A stretch of 64,000 nt of DNA from Candidatus Latescibacterota bacterium. Its GTDB lineage: Bacteria; Latescibacterota; UBA2968; UBA8231. Below are positions 59,235 to 64,000 of this stretch, piece by piece. The translations under genes and the position numbers were made by a program. The notes below the pieces were generated by a model. The model worked only from the letters and a program-made list of their open reading frames with translations. It searched no databases and was not told the DNA's origin. The stretch is from positions 7,040,001 to 7,104,000 of the forward strand of contig OZ244561.1 in the NCBI GenBank assembly GCA_965217585.1, written 5' to 3'. The stretch's first letter is position 1, and every line of letters begins with the position of its first letter.

Positions 59235-62108
59235 CTAATACGCCACATAGACGATGCGTGCGAGTTCCTCGTTGCGCGTGTCGGACTCGACCTTGATCCG
59301 GTAGAGATAAATACCGGGTGGGACGAGCTGGAGAGCGCTGGAACGACCGTCCCACGAGGCCGCAAATTCTCCCTTGGTACCGTTTACTTCAAGTTTTTGC
59401 ACCTGCTTCCCCGCCAAGTCGAAAATATTCACTTGCACCGGTCGCTCTGTCCGCAGTTTCAAGCGTGCGAAGCGAATCTCCAAGACATCGTTGACGCCAT
59501 CGCCGTTCGGAGTAATGGCGCTGGGGGCCTCGGAGAGCATGATAACCAAGTCTGCTTGCGGGGCGGAAAACGCCCGGGAAGTGCGGCTGTCCACCAATTC
59601 GGTGGCGTCCCTGTTTTCCAGATCGACCTGTTGCCAGGAATCTCCTCTGGAACTGCTTCTGACCTGTGCCTTGAAGGGGGAGCCCGAGGTGATGACTTGG
59701 CTGGTGAAGCGCATTTCTATGAGCGCGTTCTCGGTTGCGCCGACCGGGCTGCGAATCGTGCGCGGAAAGTGAATCCAGAGTGAGTCTGAGGAGGGCGAGG
59801 AGAGAACGGTCAAATCGGCATCCGGTTCGGCGAACACCTGATCAAAAGAGGTTTTGAGCGCTACGATATCCTGATCCCGGGAGGTTGCAGCGCCAGCAAC
59901 CTCTACCCGCCCCAGGCGCACATAGCGGCACTGCATGGCCGCGATTCCCTTCAGCAACACCTCATCGAACCCCTGGCCCGGCTCGAGCTGGGCGCGGATG
60001 AAGTACGAGAATTCGCTCTCTTGTGCCGCCGCAATATCCTCCGGCCGGGTATAATCGGTAGGATCCGGAATAGCAACCGGCGCTTTGGCCGTACCCGCAT
60101 CGGTCACCAGCGCCAACTCTCCGGCGAGCCGGGCCGCCACCGGCGCACGAGTGTGGATCGCGAGCGCTCGCAAGGTGGAATGGACATTGGGATGATCCGC
60201 AATCAGCACGACCTGAAGCTGGATGAACTTGCGGGGGCTGGGGGAGACAAACGGCGCTATAGTCCCACCTGTTTCCGCGGCCCGGTAGGGCGCGCTGAAA
60301 GGACTCCATCCTGTTCCGGGACGCGCAAGGTACTCCTGCTCTTTGCGTCTGAGGTCTTTGAAGGTGCGCCCCCACCTGCTCTTCGAAATGATATTGCCGG
60401 CAATATCGAAGTAGAGCGTATCGAGCGCGACCTCGTCTCCGGTCCTCGACTGGATCTCCACCCGGGAGCCCTCTGGAAAATCTCCATCCCATTCGATGGC
60501 AATCAGGTTTTTAACCCCCCCCACGTCGATCAGCGGAGAACGCAGGGTCGCCTCGGCCACGTACCCCTGCCCATATATTTGCATTTCGCTCAACACGCCC
60601 TCATTGCCCCAGCCCCCAATCCCCTTTCCTGTAATGTCCAGATTGCGCAAATCCAGCAGCCGCACTTTGCGAGGACTGAATCCTATCTGGACGCGGCTGG
60701 CCCAGTTGACCTGGTTGTCCTCGTGCAGTGGCTGCGAAAGTTCTTCCCACTCGAGTGCCTGCCAGAGGTCTCTGAGGGTGTCCGACTGCCGGGGCAGCGC
60801 AAAAACACCTTCGGAGGCCCGCAGTTGGTAGCCATAGAAATTGTTCCGGTTGCCGCCGTAGGCCCGACTGTCGAAGAAGGTGATGAAATGTATGCCATCC
60901 ACCCAGTAAGTCACTCCCAGATCCACCAAGGTGAGCTCGTCCGTCTTGCCGATAGTGCGGATTTGCCCCTTGGGTGGGGTACCAGAAACCTTGGCTTTCC
61001 AGGCCGAGTTGTAATACATCCCATCGAAGGCCAGACTCCCTCCCGCACCACCTTCTGGATCCGAGGCGTAGCCGCCGCGCTCCTGAAGACCGAGCCCAAT
61101 ATTGTCCCCTCTGGCCCATACCTCTATCTCACTCAGCTGCGGCACTTCCCGCCGAAAGTAGTGCACATTACCCTTTTCGCTCGGGCCGAGATCCGCATAC
61201 GTTTGCGGCACCTGCCCCCGCTGGTAGATACTCCCCAGCGTGTCGACGGCAGCCCGGCGCTCGCGGCCCCCCAACGTCACCCTGAAATACTCGATATCCC
61301 CCTGCCGTTTCCGAGGCAGTTGATCGTAGGTTGCCGCATCGACTTCTGCTGCTCTGCCGAATTTGCTATTGGTCGCTATGAGCTGAACGTAGTGAATGGC
61401 CGCTCCCTGTAGATCCGCAACGCCGTCGCCGTCAATATCCCCGTTTTCCAGTGGCATCAGCGGGAAGACAAAACGCCGCTGCGCCCCGGTCGGCTCCCGC
61501 GTCTGGCCGACCAGCCTGAATTCCCGGGCCGTGCTGGTGACCACCTGCGGGAACGCCTTTGAGCCATTGGAGACGAACAGGGCGAATTGATTGAGCGCGT
61601 CCCCATCTTCGGCGAATTGCACCACAATGCTGTCCGCCCAGACCAGCCTTCCCAGATCTACCTCAACCACCCACCTGTCCAGACCTTCCAGCGAGAAGTC
61701 TTCAGCTCCGGGCAACCACCCCGTATCCGGGTTGCCGTCGATGATATTGGCGGCGCTGCCCCGGATAGATTCCGATTCGGCGCTTGCTCCACCCGATATC
61801 GGGTCGGGAAACTTGCGGACATTGTCTTTGTAGCTGAAGGTTTTCGCATCCAGAACGGCGTTGATATTCTTCTGCAAGAAGCGCGGGCGGAGGCCTCTGG
61901 CGTCGACCTGCACCGCGTTTGCCTGGCCGAGTTCCACGGTGAGGCCGGTAAACGAGTTGTAGAGCTGCCAGGCCCGCCAGTGCGCGGTTCGGTTGACCAC
62001 GATCCGCTCCCCGGCTCTTGCATACCCCTGCTGGCCGGAGGCCTCCGAACCCAGACTGCAGAACATAGCTCCCGTGCTCAAGCAGATAAACACGTACATG
62101 GGCCTCAT
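59235..62108 (-). CDS. Secreted protein with two discoidin-like domains and C-terminal TPNGDGVND/FlgD-Ig domain (paralog B)
   Basis: ATG 62108 after AAGGAGG; IIDGNPDTGW, VDLG x2, LSEIEVW/LSEMQIYG.G, SPSPRKFIQ, ITPNGDGVND, WDGR...VPPGIYLY, ends VYVAY. Confidence 0.85.
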   Translation of the reverse strand: MRPMYVFICLSTGAMFCSLGSEASGQQGYARAGERIVVNRTAHWRAWQLYNSFTGLTVELGQANAVQVDARGLRPRFLQKNINAVLDAKTFSYKDNVRKFPDPISGGASAESESIRGSAANIIDGNPDTGWLPGAEDFSLEGLDRWVVEVDLGRLVWADSIVVQFAEDGDALNQFALFVSNGSKAFPQVVTSTAREFRLVGQTREPTGAQRRFVFPLMPLENGDIDGDGVADLQGAAIHYVQLIATNSKFGRAAEVDAATYDQLPRKRQGDIEYFRVTLGGRERRAAVDTLGSIYQRGQVPQTYADLGPSEKGNVHYFRREVPQLSEIEVWARGDNIGLGLQERGGYASDPEGGAGGSLAFDGMYYNSAWKAKVSGTPPKGQIRTIGKTDELTLVDLGVTYWVDGIHFITFFDSRAYGGNRNNFYGYQLRASEGVFALPRQSDTLRDLWQALEWEELSQPLHEDNQVNWASRVQIGFSPRKVRLLDLRNLDITGKGIGGWGNEGVLSEMQIYGQGYVAEATLRSPLIDVGGVKNLIAIEWDGDFPEGSRVEIQSRTGDEVALDTLYFDIAGNIISKSRWGRTFKDLRRKEQEYLARPGTGWSPFSAPYRAAETGGTIAPFVSPSPRKFIQLQVVLIADHPNVHSTLRALAIHTRAPVAARLAGELALVTDAGTAKAPVAIPDPTDYTRPEDIAAAQESEFSYFIRAQLEPGQGFDEVLLKGIAAMQCRYVRLGRVEVAGAATSRDQDIVALKTSFDQVFAEPDADLTVLSSPSSDSLWIHFPRTIRSPVGATENALIEMRFTSQVITSGSPFKAQVRSSSRGDSWQQVDLENRDATELVDSRTSRAFSAPQADLVIMLSEAPSAITPNGDGVNDVLEIRFARLKLRTERPVQVNIFDLAGKQVQKLEVNGTKGEFAASWDGRSSALQLVPPGIYLYRIKVESDTRNEELARIVYVAY

Positions 62109-62124
62109 CTCGACTTCGCCTCCT

Positions 62125-64000
62125 TCAATAGGCCACGTGCACCAAGGCATCCTTCACCACGCGCTCGGCATCCGCCTTTACCACTAGCTGCACGACATAT
62201 ATACCCGGTGCCACCGGCGCACCGGCGGCGTCCTCTCCACCCCACACCTGGGTATATCTTCCGCTCACCAGATGCGCAACCGGGAAAGCGCGGATGCGGC
62301 GGCCGGATAGGTCGAAAATCTCCACCGCGACTGGCCGCGCACGAGTGAGCCGCAAAAGATTGTAGGTCAGCACAACCTCGTCGTTGACGCCGTCGCCGTT
62401 AGGCGTGAACACCTTTGGCGAGAGGTCGAACGCGTCGAGCAGCGACAGACCTTTCTCCGGCACGGCCAGGTCGACGGCCAGAGCATTGGCGTCTCCCGGT
62501 CCCAGATTGCCCGCATCCCCCGGCACCAGACGCTGAGGCAGGCCCTGGATTTCTCCGGCGTCATCGACCCGAAAGACCCTGCCCGAGAAGCGGGTCCCGA
62601 AACCGAGGACCATGGTGCGAAAATGCAGCCTCACGAGGGGCGACTCTGGGGCCGCGGCGGCCGTGCTTAAATCGACCTGGGGGAACCCTACCACAAAGGC
62701 CCGCTCGCTCACGGATATCACCTCAAAGTCCGTCCCCTCTTGTAATTTCCTGCCTCCGATGAACAGCGAATCCACCCCGGCGATTTTTGTCGGGGTGCTG
62801 ATTTCCAGCCGATTGAAACCGGCGTCCTCCGCGTTGAAGACCGGCTGCAGCCCATAAGTGAACGCCGTGATCTGGCCGGGCGCAACATCTACGGCTGGTT
62901 CGATCTCGGCCGCAATCTGCTGGGCCCCCACCTCGAGGGAAAATTCAAAGGCAAGCCGATTGACGGCCGTCGCTGCCTCGAAATCACGGCTCTTGAACTC
63001 GATCTCGAACTGCAGGAACTGGCGCTCGCCAGGGGAGACGATCTGCCTGCCGTTCTCAACCGGCTGCAAGCCACTCCAGTTTGGATCAGAGGTAAACGGG
63101 ATCTGGGAAGCCCCGAGGGCCCGGTAGCCCTCTAACGTTAGCTCTACGGCCTCTTTTTCTTCAGCGGTCAACGCATTGTAGGTCTCCAAGGCGACGAACC
63201 GGCCGCCCTCATCGCGCAGATCGCGCAGGCTGAAATCGTCCAGGTTCACGGCACTATCCCCCGATCCCGCCCTCGCATTCGCCATCCAGGGCACAACATC
63301 CCCGTTGCTGTTACTGCGCCAGTACACAAAGGGAGTAGAATCGCTGCCAGTGTGCACCCGGATAATGAGCTGAGATGCGTCCGGATCGCCTATTATTTCT
63401 TCCTGCCACTCGATCTTTCCCAGCGCTACCGGTCCCCCGAAGTCGATGGGTTGGGAGCGAAAGACCGCTTCCGGCAGGTAGCCCTCGCCGTAGAGTTCGA
63501 GTTCGGCGATCTCAAATTCCAGGTTGGTCCGCGAAATCAGTTTGAAATAGCGGATGTACTGCTGGCCCAGCGGCACATCTACGGTGTCCTGGGCGTTCAG
63601 CACAATCTGTCTGGTCGGTACCAAGATGGGCCGGCCGCTGCGGTCGGCGGTCTCGGGTGTGCCGTCGTTGATCTGAACGTCAAACTGACTCCATGCCCGC
63701 CCGGTGAATCCAGGCCGAGGATAGAGCCGCAGGAGGTTGACGCCCATCCGCCGACCCAGATCCAGTTCGATGTTCGTGCCCAGGACACTGATATGTCTGC
63801 CGTCCAGTTCCTGCACCCGTTGAAACGCCGTAGTTGTATTTCCGTCGAGCATCTTCCTGAGTTCGGTCTGGCGCTGCGCGGCCAGCAGGTCGAAGACATT
63901 GGGGGCATCGACAGAGCCGCCCAAGTCATAAACCTTGAGCGCGAGGTTGTGTGTGCGAGAAGTATCACCGATGGAATTTCTCACCGGCAAAATGGAGCCG
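62125..64000 (-). CDS. Protein with discoidin-like domain and C-terminal TPNGDGVND/FlgD-Ig domain (paralog A), 5' partial
   Basis: Frame open to the window edge; MLDGN..TAF, LDLG, FEIAELELYGEG, SPGERQFLQ, VFTPNGDGVND, W.G.D..G..V.PGIY, ends VHVAY. Confidence 0.85.
   Translation of the reverse strand, partial: GSILPVRNSIGDTSRTHNLALKVYDLGGSVDAPNVFDLLAAQRQTELRKMLDGNTTTAFQRVQELDGRHISVLGTNIELDLGRRMGVNLLRLYPRPGFTGRAWSQFDVQINDGTPETADRSGRPILVPTRQIVLNAQDTVDVPLGQQYIRYFKLISRTNLEFEIAELELYGEGYLPEAVFRSQPIDFGGPVALGKIEWQEEIIGDPDASQLIIRVHTGSDSTPFVYWRSNSNGDVVPWMANARAGSGDSAVNLDDFSLRDLRDEGGRFVALETYNALTAEEKEAVELTLEGYRALGASQIPFTSDPNWSGLQPVENGRQIVSPGERQFLQFEIEFKSRDFEAATAVNRLAFEFSLEVGAQQIAAEIEPAVDVAPGQITAFTYGLQPVFNAEDAGFNRLEISTPTKIAGVDSLFIGGRKLQEGTDFEVISVSERAFVVGFPQVDLSTAAAAPESPLVRLHFRTMVLGFGTRFSGRVFRVDDAGEIQGLPQRLVPGDAGNLGPGDANALAVDLAVPEKGLSLLDAFDLSPKVFTPNGDGVNDEVVLTYNLLRLTRARPVAVEIFDLSGRRIRAFPVAHLVSGRYTQVWGGEDAAGAPVAPGIYVVQLVVKADAERVVKDALVHVAY

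Noticed and set aside
1-64000. CRISPR array, rRNA, tRNA, prophage, defence or reverse-transcriptase genes
   Set aside because: None seen; periodic repeats are explained by TPR and FG-GAP coding units.

Overview
GC-rich bacterial window with three parts. (1) 1-19.1 kb, + strand: an envelope gene run with a ~900-aa unknown beta-rich protein (5' partial), large TPR proteins, lipoproteins (one with a TonB-C/AgmX-like end), a PhyH-family oxygenase, DUF4159, CRTAC1/ASPIC-UnbV, a PL11-like propeller, a DUF6785-type membrane protein and exbB/exbD. (2) ~19.2-32.3 kb: a mosaic of intact catabolic genes (sulfatase, GH32, GHL10-like, LivK-like binding protein) and broken pieces (truncated sialidase-like gene, transposase tail, frameshifted isochorismatase-family gene, SDR/allantoinase chimera, internally deleted type I PKS ketosynthase). 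(3) 32.3-64 kb, all on the - strand: three paralogous secreted proteins ending in a TPNGDGVND/FlgD-like C-terminal domain around a second ~900-aa paralog, then TPR, CRTAC1, PPIase, two secreted glycan-type proteins and a MoxR-DUF58-BatA/VWA operon. The gene content resembles Latescibacterota/Poribacteria-like FCB-related bacteria, possibly sponge- or sediment-associated; this is an inference, as no marker gene is present. The best candidate for an undescribed system is the CTD-tagged protein family plus its ~900-aa predicted outer-membrane partner, with partner, TPR and CRTAC1 genes present at both ends of the window. No rRNA, tRNA or CRISPR array was seen. All family calls are by motif recognition, not database search.
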